Assembly (NCBI GenBank): GCA_951406725.2
Contig: OX597818.1
Span: forward strand, 63,364,001-63,428,000
From: Octopus vulgaris
Taxonomy: Eukaryota
DNA length: 64,000 bases
Direction of reading: 5' to 3'
Positions 13,961 through 28,900 of this stretch are shown here, one piece after another. The notes under the pieces were generated by a model, which was given only the letters and a program-made list of their open reading frames with translations, made no database searches and was not told where the DNA came from. The position numbers and the translations under genes were made by a program. Each line of letters opens with the position of its first letter. The first letter of the stretch is position 1.

Positions 13961-14295
13961 ATCCGGGCATTATACATGAAATCTAAGAATAATGACATAG
14001 GCATTGTGCTCAGCATATTTAAACATATAAATTCTTAGTATCATAAGCCACTTTCTAAAGATATTCTGGATTTCAATAAGAATATAGAATTCAGTAAAGT
14101 ATAGACTATATAAATACATCACATTTGGATGCCAGCTATTTTAATTCTAACATATACATTTCTAGTCATTATATACAATCTTCAAATTATGTTATAAGAA
14201 AATAATTTCAATACGATCTTGTCGGCCATGATTATACTAAAATGGTAAGGAAACGAGAACATTTCACTATTTCAACGGCTTTCTAGATTCCATTC

Positions 14296-14675
14296 TGGAG
14301 GCGCAATGCCCCAGTGGTTAGGGCAGCGGAATCGCGGTCGTAGGATCGCAGTTTCGATTCCCAGACCGGGCATTGTGAGTGTTTATTGAGCGAAAACACC
14401 TAAAGCTTCACGAGGCTCCTGCAGGGGGTGGTGGTGAACCCTGCTGTACTCTTTCACCACAACTTTCTCTCACTCTTTCTTCCTGTTTCTGTTGTACCTG
14501 TATTTCAAAGGGCCAGCCTTGTCACACTCTGTGTCACGCTGAATCTCCTCGAGAACTACGTTAAGGGTACACGTGTCTGTGGAGTGCTCAGTCACTTGCA
14601 CATTAATTCCACGAGCAAGCTTTTCCGTTGATCGTATCAGCTGGGACCCTTATCGTCGTAACCGATGGAGTGCTC
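14296..14675 (+). mobile_element. tRNA-derived SINE (family C), full length with target-site duplication (TSD)
   Basis: A-box-like (aatgccccagtggttagg) and B-box-like (gtttcgattcc) head. TSD ctagattccattc / ctagatttcattc (14283-14295, 14676-14688). Confidence 0.85.
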
Positions 14676-14737
14676 CTAGATTTCATTCATGAGTGTCTCA
14701 AAAATATGTTCTTCCGTTCATAAATGATTATTAAATA

Positions 14738-14902
14738 GGCGTAAGAGTGGCTGTGTGGTGAATAGCTTGCTTACCAACCACATGGTTCCGGGTTCAGTCG
14801 CACTGCGTGGCAGCTTGGGCAAGTGTCTTCTTCTATAGCCTCGGGCCGATTAAAGCCTTGTGGGTGGATTTCGTAGACGGAAACTGAAAGAAGCCCGTCG
14901 TA

Positions 14903-14996
<94 letters not shown>

Positions 14997-15220
14997 TGTG
15001 TTTGTGTGTCTATGTCTGTCTCCACAACATCGCCCCGCAACCAATATTGGTGTTTTATATATCCCCGTAACTTAGCAGTTCTGCAAAAGGGGCCGATAGA
15101 CTAAGTGCCCGGCATACAAAGTATAAGTCCTGGGAAAGATTTGCTCGACTATAGGCGGTGCTCTAGCATGGCCGCCGTCAATTGACTGAAACAAGGAAAA
15201 GATAAAAGAACAAAAGTAAA
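14738..15220 (+). mobile_element. SINE family B (tRNA-like head, internal TA/TG microsatellite)
   Basis: Head gtggctgtgtgg...ggttcagtc. Other copies: 41140-41542 (-), 10671-11505 (-, split), 41745-42489 (-, split), 38455-38600 (+), 48640-48790 (+). Confidence 0.85.
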
Positions 15221-16299
15221 AGAAATGCCTATGTAATATTAGGTTCAAATTTTCACACAAAGCTTGCAATTTGAGGGTAGGAGGTAAGTTGATTAATCCG
15301 ACCCCGATGCTCAAATGGTACTTATTTTATCGACTCCGTAACAATGAAATATAAATTTGAACTCGGGGTAATCTGAACTCACAACGTAATGCTGGAAGAA
15401 ATACCTATTTCTTTACTACCCACAAGGGGCTAAACACAGAGGGGACAAACAAAGACAGACGAACGGATTAAGTCAATTATATAGACTCCAGTGCGTAACT
15501 GGTACTTAATTTATCGACCCCGAAAGGTTGAAAGGCAAAGTCGACCTGGAAGAAATACCGTTAAGCATTTTAACTGCCACCTTAAATGCTTATATAATAT
15601 TGAGTGTTAGTACATAATTATAATGTTGGAGGAATAGCTCTGTCGTTAATTTATATTGATGGATCAGCGAACTGGAGCTGTGATCATTTTATTAAACGGT
15701 ATGCAGTAATGAGAGCTACTAACAACTGAAACAATCTCAAATCAAATTTGGCATCAATTTAGACATATTTTCAACAGACGTCTCTGAAGGAAAAGCAGTT
15801 TGATTTTAAACAAGATAATACGTACACAGGCTGATATCATCCAGTTTCATGAAAATTGTACACTGAAAAGTTGTTCGTTATGTTATGTGTGCAAAACCAG
15901 TCAAGGCACAGAGAGAGAGATGTATTTTTTTTTTTATTTAAAATGTCTTATGCTTCAACGACCTACATTCTTATCAATTACAGTGAGTGTTACATACTAA
16001 GAGTAATATGTGACTCGAATAAAAATATAAATATACGATATAAAATTCATTCACATTAAATTTTAAACTCATTAAACACGAAGCAAATATATAGGGTCGT
16101 GTATCGATGATTTATTGATTTCCTAAATTGATGTCACCGCCTATTTTTCACGGAGTAAATGTCATCTCTATCGATGAACGCACTATTTGACTGGCATTTA
16201 TTTTATCAAACTCCAGAAAACGTTTAACATGAAAAAATAACGCCTCGAAGGACATATATAGCGTGTCGATCAATCAATTTTGCCATCAAATAAAGACAA

Positions 16300-18083
16300 A
16301 TGATTCATGATTAATCAATGTTATAAATTATTACCCATAATTTATATTTAACAAGAAAAAAATGATAATAATTTCAATGATGGACATCCTTGGCTACTGA
16401 TTTAATCTGAGTTCGTGTATCCGAACTGAACAAATATCTTCGTGTTTATGTCGCCATCAACATTTAAAATCTAAGTCATGCAGTTAGTAACACAATTACT
16501 TCCGGTTAATATTATTTATAATAAATGCAAAATTATTTTGTTACACTTCTGCATGGTAATCAGTTGAGACGCGAATCTTCTATGTATAAACTTGCATTGA
16601 AATTATGTCAGTAGTCGACCTTTCTGACAATACTGAAAACAAAGAATGTTAAGCAATGGGCAGATATAAATATAGCAATTTTAGTGTTGAGGAAGGTATC
16701 TATATTCATAAATGTCTAAAATGAATGTTGCAGAGTCCATTATAAAACATGTTTTACTAAGCAAACATATAAGTCAATGTCAACTGCGGTGTAATGCTTT
16801 CCTATGATAATCTGGACATACTCTAAGAGTTAAGTGTATGAAAAACACGGAATGGAATATTTTGAATTATTTTGGACTTTACAAAATCTAATAAATATTC
16901 GCAGTCACTATAATTTGATGTGAAATAACTTAAAGGAAGAACCGAATATATCTCTCAAATACAATGCTATTAATAAGAAGTCTGTTTGGCATAGTAATGG
17001 AAAAGCAGTATGATTGATTATATGTTTGATATGTAATGTGAATTTATCACGACTTTTTGTATAGTGAGTAAATAGTTAAGTAATATTAAATGATAATCTT
17101 GTTTTCATGCCAAAACCATTTTGTCAGTGGACAGGTTAAATGTTCTAAAATAAATGTTTGTTTTGAAAATGTACTTAGATAACCTATAGCATTCGACCAG
17201 GAAATGTCAGAATTGCTAAAATTGATCTTGCATAACAATTTTAAAAAAAGAATACCTCTTTGTATATCAAATATACGAAGACATTCAAACACTATGTACA
17301 ATATATATAGAACATCTCTAATAGGGTAAAAGTAAATAAACATGTATATTTAGCCACATAGATAATCTTTACATTTTACGTAAGAAAATTAACAATAAAA
17401 GAAATGCTTTATAATGCGTACATTTCTGTTATCCGTCACGTCGATCAATAAATACTGTATTCAAATTTATCTTTTCCATACAGTTAGAAAGACATTTCAT
17501 TAATTGTAATAGCTTTAATTTCTAAATTAAGTATATTATCGATAAAAAAAATTTGTTTTAAATCCAAAACATTTCTGCATCTAATAACCAATACATTAGT
17601 TGAATAAGGGAACATCTTCCGATCTGGATACTATCTTTGTTTACAGAAAATAAGGAAGAGACATTTCGTGATCAATTTTAGAGTTTAGATAAAACCGTTC
17701 ACAAAACAGCCATACTGCATATATTGTATTATTATAATGAAAATAATATAAGAAAGATTACAAGAAAATAAAACACATTAAGGGCCTTGAAATTTAAAAT
17801 CTATATTGTTGTGAAAGGAACAAGCACACAAACATACATGAACAGACAGGCACACACACACACACACAAACAATTATAAATATGAATATATATGAATATA
17901 TGTATGTGTGTAAGTACATGGGTGAAATTGTGTGCGTCCACATGCACACACATCAATATATATATATATATATGTATGTATATATGTATGTATGTATATA
18001 TATATACACATACACACACATTAATATATATATGTATGTATGTATGTATATGTATATATATATATATACATACACACACATGC

Positions 18084-18116
<33 letters not shown>

Positions 18117-20280
18117 TAAACACGCACATACATAACCAATTAGGAAATGATTAGTGTGAACACTCGCTATAAACCACTCAAGTTTCTCCGTTAAGTCGGA
18201 ATTTTACGGTGTTCATCTTGAAAAGTAAATTGCTTGTTGATTCTCCAAGCTGAGTTCCAGTGGATCAGCTGCGTAATGATAATGGTTTCAGATAGCTGGA
18301 TAAATTAGAGTTACGTATTGCAATGCGAAATATAAGGGAAATGTATATTGGTCGAGATTAACTTTTCTAAGTAAAGAGAGTACTGCCTTGATTATTCTCG
18401 ATGATCATCTATTTAGACTCAGCTTCACGGTGCCCAGACAGAGAACAATGTCTTTGTCAATAACTGGAGATTGGTTCGTTATTTATTATATATATTTGCA
18501 TATTGATGCTGAAAGCAAATTTGCTATATATCAATTAATGACAGATTTTCCATTATCATGCCGTACCAATGGATACTTGAGACTGACAAAGCTTATAGAT
18601 GCGGAAATCAGTGTAAAGACATTCTACACCTGCTGCTGCAGAATTACATGTATTGATGAAATATTCATTCTTGAAAAGAATGCTGCATTTTTGCTGACTT
18701 CCTTTATCAAAATATATAGATTGCTATTTAAATTAATCCTTCTTCTGTCGTTAAAATCGAATTAACACACATATATGTGTGTAACACTGCACTAGCACGC
18801 GTCCTAATCAGAAATTTTCCCCAAAATCTATTCAATTCTTATTACCATACGGACACTTCTTGTACAAAAATACATTTAGCTCTTCAATGCCAACGAAGCC
18901 ACTGAGCTTCATAATCTTCCCCTCCCCCTCTCTCCTATTTCTCCTTCTTGGATTACTCTAAAATATTACGTACCCTTACACTGTCACTTCGAATCTCTCA
19001 TTCTCTAATGGCGGATTATGATGCGTGAGAATAAACGGAGTTGCGTCTCATTTCCAAACTTATATTATATATTCGTTGCGATCACATCTTATAATATTTA
19101 GCTGATGGAGACAGACATTAACAATGACATTTTCCAATATATTTATACACTTTCTTTTCAATTATCACAAGTACGTTGCCTTAGACACTGATGTACTTGA
19201 TACCTAATCTCTTCATTATACACCGAAGAGTTTTCACCTTCAAGAAATCTATTGAAAATGTTGTTGCTGGTAAAATATCAACACAGCTTCTGTCGCATTC
19301 TGACATGTATATAACATCTCCCAATATTTCTAATACGTTCTCTAACCAATGATCTAATTCTGGATCGGTAGTTTGCGCTTGAATACTAACATTGCCTTTA
19401 GTGATAAAGGATCTTTTTATCACCAATACTAATGAATCTTCGTTACAAGACGGCTTTTATCGGCGACTGATTTCGTTGTCTCCACCATCAGGAGTGATCA
19501 GTTTTGTGCAGAGGTCATGAAAACTTATTGCTCGCTAATTCTCTTTAATGACGTATGAACCACACGTGAAATATACACAGCGCTATAAACACGGATTAAT
19601 TCCATGCTTGGAACATTTTAATGGAACCATAAGAATCTAGTACCTGGCCCACCTCACAACTTAGCCTAATCGCTTCTTAAGCTCTCAACTTGAAAAAACC
19701 CTGACAAGAACACTACTGTTCGTTTAAAATATTGGGATTATTAATAACAATATCTTCTGAGGAATGCACTTTTTTAATATTATTAGCAGCAAATCCAGAA
19801 GACCCATTTCTGTTGAGATACAACTGAGAATTTTCTATTTCTGCCATAGAACTACTACTACGCTGTAGAATATCCTCGACTTATTGGCTTAAATTCAATC
19901 ACTAACGTCGTCTGTCATTTATCTCCATCTGTTTTACTAACGTCTCACGTCCTTGAAGTGATCTAATTCTCAGCAAATCCTTCGTGTCTTCACTGTTTTT
20001 CTAAACCACCATTAAATGCTTATATCTCCTTGTCTAGAATATCAGCCTTCAAGCTTCTCTCACTTGGGTAGAGTTGTAATTGCCAAAAGAGAGAAATAAC
20101 AATAACAGTTCTTTCATTGAGACTATGATTCCGATCATCACCATTTTTACACTTTTATCGGATTCAAAGTATTCTCTATTTCAACCAATGCATTGGTCCA
20201 AACACAATTTTATAGTACTCGAAGCTGACCTGGAATTGTTGCTCCTCTTCTATGTCTGTAAATCGTTTTCATTTGTGGAC
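16300..20280 (+). pseudogene. Decayed LRR-coding segments, with a possible LRRCT-like motif near 19960
   Basis: MSVVDLSDN (~16605), MSELLKLILHNNFKKRIPLCISNI (17204-17275), MRNIREMYIGRD*L (18323), LPLVIKDLFITNTNESSLQDGFYRRLISL (19392-19478), VLEVI*FSANPSCLHC (~19950). ORF 18388-18765 is a residual open stretch. Confidence 0.65.
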
Positions 20281-20329
20281 TTTTTCATTTGGGGTAACAA
20301 AAGTAAACCAAAAAAAAAAAAAAAAAATA

Positions 20330-20930
20330 GAAGCTGCAGGGAGTAAGATCTACTTCCAACTGTTCTTCCAGTTCACGATACGCATTCAGTCGTGACAAAT
20401 TTGGCTGCAACTCTTTCATTCGGAATTCTTTGTACAAAATTCGTTTTAACAGAAGCTCCATACAAAGTAGTCTTATCAACAAATTCATCAATTGTTCATC
20501 AACGGCCCTCCAAGATGTGTTCATGGATTTCGTGATGTTCTCATTCGTTCGTGGGGTCAATGGCCGCCCTATTTGTGGTTTATCTTCAAGCGACATGTGA
20601 CAATTCCTAAACGTGAAAACCACTCGGAAACTTGCGTTTTGCTCATGGCAACTTCCTTTGTGAGCTGTGTGAAGCACGACAAATATTTCGGCTTCCATTT
20701 TCCCCAGCAGAAAGCAGATTTTCACGGAAGCACACTGTTCCTTTGTTTCAGACGTCCCAAAATTCGACGAACAGGGAAAAAACATTGCAAAACCAGGTCA
20801 CACTACGTGACAATAGAAACTCTGTGAATGACGCCGGTCAGCACACTAATGTCTGAGAGTTCGATCATGTGTCTTCTAGCACCGGAAGCCACAACAACAA
20901 GCTTGTCACACAGAGAACGTTTCCAGATAC
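20330..20930 (-). mobile_element. Degraded mariner transposase N-terminal (HTH) fragment
   Basis: EQCASVKICFLLGK...SLEDKPQIGRPLTPRTNENI in ORF 20285-20785. Confidence 0.75.
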
Positions 20931-21034
20931 ATCTGAGTATTCATTGTAGTATGTACGTATGTATGTATATGACTATATGTATATTTATCAATCTATATAT
21001 GTGTATTTATTTTTCACTCTCTCCCCATTATTAC

Positions 21035-21101
<67 letters not shown>

Positions 21102-21439
21102 ATGATAATTGTTATTATTATCATTATTATTATTTGTATATGTACATATTGATATATATATATATACATGTATACAAATGTATGTATATGTTTATATATA
21201 TAAATATATATTTATACATATATATTTATATAAAGAGAGAGAGAGAGGGAGATAGGGAGAGTGAGGGAGAGTAAGGAAGCTGTCACAATTTTGGATAATT
21301 CTTTATTATCACTTTTGTTCGTTGATTGAAGACGTCAGCACAAAGTCAACATAGTAAAAACAGTACGGTTCGGTGTTCATATCAGATGTGGAACATGCAA
21401 CAACAGCAACAACAACAAAAAATTAACTTAACTTAACTT

Positions 21440-21970
21440 AACTTAACAACAAGAATTCAAATATTTAGAAATTGGTTCCCACATAACATTCAAGATTCTC
21501 GTTCAAAGTAAATGCAGATATGAACTACAAAATGCAGAATTTCAAATACTGAAGTACTTGCCCAGAGTGCAAGGAGAATTAAATTGGAGAAACAAACAAG
21601 TCCCTCTGCCAACGAGCAAGAATCCACAAACAATACATCCGACAGGAGGAATTGTACAAGAATTGAGCAAGCATCTAGAAATATGTGGTGGAAAGAAAGT
21701 TTAATATTTATACCGTTTTAGAAATATTGAAGTGATGACCTAAAGTTCTGGAAACCAATGGAGTTAGACTTCTGCAGATAATTCTCTCCAAAATTAATTG
21801 TCTGAACGAGGAGCAGAGGAACTAAATTTTGACAAAAACATTAGAAAATGAAACAGAGACAATAGGCATCAACATCCCTGCAAATGAAACAAACTCTCTT
21901 CATGACATGGTTAGCTGGCACAAACGCTCTGCCAAACTAATAAGACCATGGAGGGATAATGTATATTAAC
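21440..21970 (+). mobile_element. Possible degraded RTE-like LINE fragment
   Basis: ISNTEVL and FWKP remnants. Weak. Confidence 0.3.
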
Positions 21971-22220
21971 GGCCCAATGAACGCTACATTGCTTCCTAAC
22001 AATATTCACTAACCCTGTAGTGTGACATCAATGTATACAAGATGGTTTTGTTGTCTGTCAAGAAAGCTACTTCCTGATCAGTTTACCATTCTACTATTAT
22101 TTTGTTTTTATAATAGTAATCATGATGGATGAAAGGAGAACATTTGCATTACATTGCCGTTGTTGTTTCTGAATGTGGCTCCAATGTTGATAACGTCACA
22201 CTCATCTTTGTAAATGATCA

Positions 22221-22264
<44 letters not shown>

Positions 22265-22273
<9 letters not shown>

Positions 22274-22447
22274 AAAATAGGATAAAATCTTCATAAGAAT
22301 TTATCAAGTAGTTAGCGTGAAAAACCTCATAAGAGAAAAAAAACCCCATCAATTTCTTCATTTAAATATATTTATTTATATTATATAGAGGGCATTATTT
22401 ATTTATTATAAATTCTTATGAAGATTGGATCCTATTTTTAACTTATA
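22265..22447. repeat. Small inverted-repeat element within a (TA)n tract
   Basis: aaaataggataaaatcttcataagaatttat mirrors ataaattcttatgaagattggatcctatttt. Confidence 0.7.
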
Positions 22448-22462
22448 TATGTATATATATAT

Positions 22463-22509
<47 letters not shown>

Positions 22510-22528
22510 CAGATAGATAGATATATGA

Positions 22529-22584
<56 letters not shown>

Positions 22585-22849
22585 CACAATATATATACAA
22601 ATGCATATATATGCATCAACATACTTATATATACATATCGTACGTCTCTGTACGTATATTCTACATGCACAACTATGATGTTGCAAGTTAGAAAAAGAGA
22701 AAGAAATAAGAAGTGGTGGAAGAAAGCAAAAAAAAAAAGGTACAAAGAACTGGTGAGGGGAAAGAAAAAAGAAACTGAAGCAGAAAAATAGAAAGTGAGG
22801 GAGAGAGAGAAAATGATTCCCAAAATAGCCTTCCTAAATGTATCTAAGT

Positions 22850-23011
22850 GTAGCTAGATACATTAAAACTCTTCTGTAGGCTTGTAATCGCACACGTATA
22901 AAAACCGCACCGATATAAATCAGATGTGAATATCCACATAAATACATAATTATATACAATAGTGATACACATATATACAGGCATACAAATATACAGATAA
23001 ACAAATACGCA

Positions 23012-23053
<42 letters not shown>

Positions 23054-25776
23054 GTTCCACATAAAGATACACATATACACCATAATTTATATCCGCATAA
23101 GAATACATAAAAACCTGTCTGGTATACTGAATGCTAAAATAAAAACGTGGTGCAAAAAGTCTATGTAAAATAAGTAATTGCAATATAAATACGAGAAAAT
23201 ATAAATATACATTCTAAATTTGAAAATTGGTAACAATTTAACCTCGTTGAAATTTAAATCTAAAGTTGTAAACAGTCGAAGATTTTCTTGAAAGTCGAAG
23301 AATGTAAAATGTAAGATGAAAGGGCGATAAATGTACAATGAATATTATAGAGAATTAAGCCGGTTTTGAAGTAGGAAATCCAAAATGATAAGTAGAAGTC
23401 AAATATTATCCGTACGGTATTTTATCACTCAGCATTTTATACCTTGTAGCATATTTGCAGGTATTCAAATGCTCCTGTCTGTGGTTTAATGCGTATTTAT
23501 CATGGAACAGGATAAAGAGCTTTTCCGTCAGGCACAAATAGCACCTCATGCCGATATGGTGCAACCTTCTCCAAGATCATCCAGCTAATATTGAAAGGAC
23601 TGGTATCATTTCTGGATATCGAAATGAATTTCGGTGAGAGTATAATCTAGTTTAACAGGAATCTTCCGAAGCTCCTGTATATGTTTCGTATTCTTGTGAG
23701 CTTTTCGTTCGCACCTTAGATCTACATAAAATTCGTTTCTCAAGACAAATTCCTCCTTACGGACAACTTTTCGATTTGAATTCTTCTTGTTATTTCCGGC
23801 ACTGTCATTGCTCCTAATAGTTTTCGTGTTGTTCTAGTTAATAAAGAAGGTGATTATTTTGCAACAAGAATAGCTATCTGTCAGCGATCATCCATTAAAA
23901 ATGATTTAGAAGTTGTGGTCTTCTTCAAAGTGCCTAAAAACTAGATTCAAGTATTCTTTATCTGTATTAGATTTACTGCAATGTTAAATGCCGAATTAAA
24001 CCATAGAACTCTCCTTGTACTTCTACGAGTTCTATAATTGCTAAAAGTACTATGACCATACTGGGTCTTCGAGAATCCGCTGTCCCTTAATGCATTAATA
24101 TAATACTACGTGGCATTTTGAAACGCTATGTCGTCTGAAGATATATAAGATTGCACCTATCCATATTTACTATATTGTTAAATATCAAGTGGGGAAGATT
24201 TGAATATTTGTTAATATAATAAGTTTTCATTAAGTATACGGTGTTTAAATTTATCTAATTGCAAATCTAAGTTAGTATTTGAAATATCTACATTATTAAG
24301 GTCATTATCTATTGTTATCTGTAAGCACATTCTTTGGAAGAAAAGCAATAAGATTCTTCTATAGCCTATCTAACTGAAGGCTGTTCGTCTTACTAGTGAC
24401 TATGAGACCACCATTTCTATATAATCCTGCGTCTATGAAAAGGAATTCCCATTATATGCCGCTGTCATCATTAAGAATAAAGATCACTCGCTCTTTTTGA
24501 CCTAGGTGGAATCATCGTTAAAAAGGCGAGATTTCCCTGCATGCGGTATGATATCTATAGGTCGATGGCAACGTATTGCTTGTCGAAGTCTAAAGCTTTA
24601 AGATGTAAAGGCTTGGATTTTCACGGGTGAAAATCGAAAATATTAAACTGCCTACATTTTCAGTTACATTTATGAACCAATCTATTGCAGTCTGTTGGGA
24701 GGAAATTGTCTACAGAGAGGACATATTTATAGAGCTAAAGTGTAAACAGATGCCTCAAGAGAATACAAAACATAAACAGCGGCCTCGGAAATGTCTTTTT
24801 AAAATAAATTATATTCTCGCAGAAATTCATTTCGATATATCGAAACTAGGATAGTAGCGAGTCTATACAAACATGTCTAGCATTTGAAATAAAATGATAT
24901 CCGTCCTTTCAAAATCACCATATCAGCATCGAGTTTATAGACACCTAACGTGATGCAGTCGGTTCCTGATTAAAAAAGCTCTTCCTCCTGTTCCATGATA
25001 AGTACGCATTGAACCTAAGACGAAAGCTTATGAATTCCTGTAGACATTCTACAAGGTATAAAATGTTCAGCGATAAAATGCCTATTTCTTTATTACCAGC
25101 AAGGGAAATTTGAACTCAGAATTGGCAGCAGACGAAATACCTATTTTTTTACTATCCACAAGGGACTAAATGCAGAGGGGACAAACAAGGACAGACAAAC
25201 GGATTAAGTCGATTATATCGACCCCAGTGCGTAACTGGTACTTAATTTATCGACTCCGAAAGGATGAAAGGCAAAGTCGATCTCGGCGGAATTTGAAATC
25301 AGAACGTAACGGCAGACGAAATACGGCTACGCATTTCGCCCGGCGTGCTAACGTTTCTGCCAGTTCGCCGCCTTCAGCTATAAAATACCGTACGGATATT
25401 TGACTTTCACATTTCAATTTGAATTTTCTAACTGAAAACAGGCATCATTCTGTAAAATATTCATTGTAGATTTATCATCTTTGCATTTATATAATACATT
25501 CTTCGACATTCGAGAAAACCATCTACTGTTTACAAATTTAGATTTAAATTCCACCAAGGTGAAATTTTTAATCATTTTCAAATGTAAATTTGAAACTTAT
25601 AACTTTTAAATTTATATTTTTGATATTCATATTACAATTTATTATATTACTTAGATTTTTTGCAACGTTTTCTTATTTAGATATTCAATACACCAGACAG
25701 TTTATAATATATACGTATACATATATACGTTGAGCTGCATATATATATATATGTGTGTTGATATGTATATTTGTAT

Positions 25777-25807
<31 letters not shown>

Positions 25808-25985
25808 CGTATATGTTTATCTGTATATTTGTATGGGTATATATATGTATGTCACTATTGTATATATGTATATATTTATATATGTATATACTCATGTGGA
25901 TCTATAGGCCTGTTCTATATTCCTGTCATTTATATTATATATGTGAGTTTACGAGATTAGAGAAGAGTTTCACTGTATCTATCTA
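22850..25985. repeat. Old inverted duplication (arms 22850-23561 and 24917-25985)
   Basis: Colinear reverse-complement matches, e.g. tccgtacggtattttat, ttttataccttgtag, ttatcatggaacagga and gatatggtg. Confidence 0.85.
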
Positions 25986-28900
25986 GCGGTGTATGTGCAC
26001 CGAAAGATCATACTATATGTTCCCGTGCGGTAAATATCTCACGTTCCTGTGTTGCAATGATGTATCCACTTTTAAGTGGAGATTACTATTAAAAGAACGT
26101 CGCCCTTTTCAAGCCTACCCAGGCTCATGGGCCCTGTTTTCCGGTTTCTGTGGCCTATGTATTCCCCCCAGCTGGACGGGACGCCAGTCAAACGCAGCAT
26201 TACTCAAGAAACAGGAAGAGAGAGTGAAAGAAAGTTGTAGCGAAATAGTAAAACAGGGGTCGCCAACACCCGCTGCCGGAGCCTCATAGAACTTTTAGGT
26301 GTTTTCGCTCAATAAACCCACAGAAAGCCTGGTCTGGATATTGAAAACGCAATCTTCAGACCGCTGTCCCTACCCTAAACACTGGACTATTGCGCCTCCA
26401 CATGAATTGATATTCTTTCTCTCACCACGAATTTGTTTTCTAATACTATGTTTCAAAATCCAAATAGGGGAGAGAACTATTAATGAATGTTGATATTTCG
26501 AAGCATAGTAGTGTATCGTAGTGTATAAATCGAAATGAATACGAACTTACTATTGCACAGAAATGTTAAAATTTAAAAAATATAGAATAATATTTTACAA
26601 ATAAATATTATTTCGGATTTAGTGACCTTTCACACATTTTTTATGAAACTGCAATGATTTAACAAAATGGATCAGCCTCGATTCCAGCTTCATATATATA
26701 TACGTAATCCAATTACATAACTCTATATCAGTCACGCTTCCCATTGATACAAATCCGTTATCTATAATTTCCTCAAATTTGAATTTTTTCCTAATTAAAG
26801 GAATGCTTTACTGAAGACGTTTCTCTTAAAACAGATAACTACGAATGGATTCCGGCATTATTGCAATTTCGGATTTGATGCCAAAACAATATTCCTAAAA
26901 CATTAATTTTTTATGTAGTCTCATCAGAAACATAGAACAATCAGATTTGTAAATATATTATAAATAGTTGATATAGGGGTAATACATTATGCCATTCATT
27001 ATCATTTTGCATGTCATTATTACGTTTTTACATAATGTTACAGAAATATCGATTTAATTTAGACTTTATAGGCCATCCCTTTCTTTTTTGAAGCAATAAA
27101 AACTGCGTGATTTACCCTTTCTTGGGAAAGAAATTTATTATAATTATTATATTCTTTCAGTCATATTTGATACGTTCCAAGCCTTTATAAGAATGATAAC
27201 TTTGACATGTACTCTCATCACGAGATATCGCTGTTGCAATTCCTTTGTCATATCTATTGAAAAACCATTAAAAAGGAATAGAAATATCACTGCTATCGGT
27301 TTCTACTCTATGAGCACCACAGGAAATGTAACCATGAATTTATAAAAAAAAAAAAGACAAGCCTTCACTTCACTCATAGTGAATATCTTTGAATAAAAGC
27401 CTCTGTAACTATTTCTCAAGTAGTCGAAAAATTGAAGAAGTTTATTATCTTTACCAAACTGCACAAAGAAAATACGAAGAAGAAAAATAAATTATGTTTT
27501 CTTCTTTTTATTGTGTTCACATGAAGAATGATTTACACATTAAAAACATGTAACTTGTGAAATAAATGTTCTTTTTTTTCTTTTTGCCAATAAATCATTC
27601 CTGTTAATGAAAGCAAAAAGATAATTACAATCAAAAGAATATTCATATTTTATTAAATATTCCAAGAAGCTTTTGGTTCTTTCTGATAGGAAAAAAATGT
27701 GATGCTAATAATAATCAAACTAAATTATTAAAGATATTTATCGAATGTGCACGAACTTTAGCAAGAGAGATAAAGAAAATTTATTCAAAAGTACCAATAA
27801 ATAGAATCTGAAACAGTTATTAAAATACTGACAATGTCGCATGACATATAACACTATCCGTCACACAACAACGTTCTATTGCTAATAAACAATACTGGAA
27901 CCAATCAAATACAAGAAATAAAACTGAATCAGTCGATAATAAAAAAATGAATATCTTACTCAAAAGACTGATTCCTGTAATAGATTTTAAAATGTTAAAC
28001 AGTTTTAAAGTATGATATTCTGTTTTCGTTTCTTTTTTGTCTATTTTTTTTTTTGGTATTTTCAATGAGAATTTGGAGTAACATTATATTTCCCATTTTC
28101 ATTTTACTGCATAAATTTCGCTGACTATCTTTCTGCAAGGTGTGTACAATTAATAGTTGAAAATTTCATTTTGGAAATCGTTGCGATAAAGAATGAAATA
28201 TATATTTCACAGGAGATTAATTGTACAGTTATCAGTATTTCCAGCATATCGACACATTTGTCTTGAAAGATAGGCAATTCGAAATTCAGCAAGCAATCAA
28301 TACGATATTCTTTACAGCAATAGTTTAAGAAAAAATATGGAGTCGTAAAACTTTAGTATTAGATATATAACTAGTGAGCGTCTTGAAGTTTGCAGTAGGA
28401 TTCTGGTAAAATATTCTATGACATTTTTCGAGTCCATATTTTAAAATACGCAGACAATGAAATTAGGAATACCTGCTATCAAAAGAAAGAGCGGTAAGTT
28501 TTTGTGATATGTCGACTGATCAACAAACGTTAGATTACCTTCGAATCACAATGTCTAGCTTTAAAAATCAATTTCAAGGAGAAGTAAGAACATTACAGTG
28601 GATGAATTTTGAAAAGAGTCTCGGGTCCAAGACTGGTTTAAGCAAGCATAAAAATAATGTTTTACAACGCATTTCATTTTCTAGAAAATAAATTTACTAC
28701 CAAAAGCAGAAAACCAGAATACAGATGACATTATTATTTTTTTTACCTTGGGCAATATTACCGAAGTGCATTAAAGTTGGTATTCATCAATAATTAATTA
28801 CCAGCGCTTAAATCACAAGTAAATTAGCATTTTATATATAATCTGCGGAATTCTTCTTCAGCATATATGATAGACATTTTAAATATACCAACCTCAGCAA

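Noticed and set aside
7940-14290. Minus-strand Toll-like receptor pseudogene (YDAF, SRTLVLINAF, LPELIIIILTENLL)
   Set aside because: The apparent TIR motifs are out of order and scattered, and the + strand gives denser, better LRR matches. This also shows that chance LRR-like words occur in this composition.
14296-14370. tRNA gene (also 40451-40525 and 3240-3306)
   Set aside because: These tRNA-like heads run into repeat bodies that occur in several copies, so they are SINE or retroelement heads.
22850-25985. Pack-MULE-like element with long TIRs capturing an LRR fragment
   Set aside because: The arms themselves read as LRR sequence, similar LRR sequence continues outside them, and I saw no TSD.
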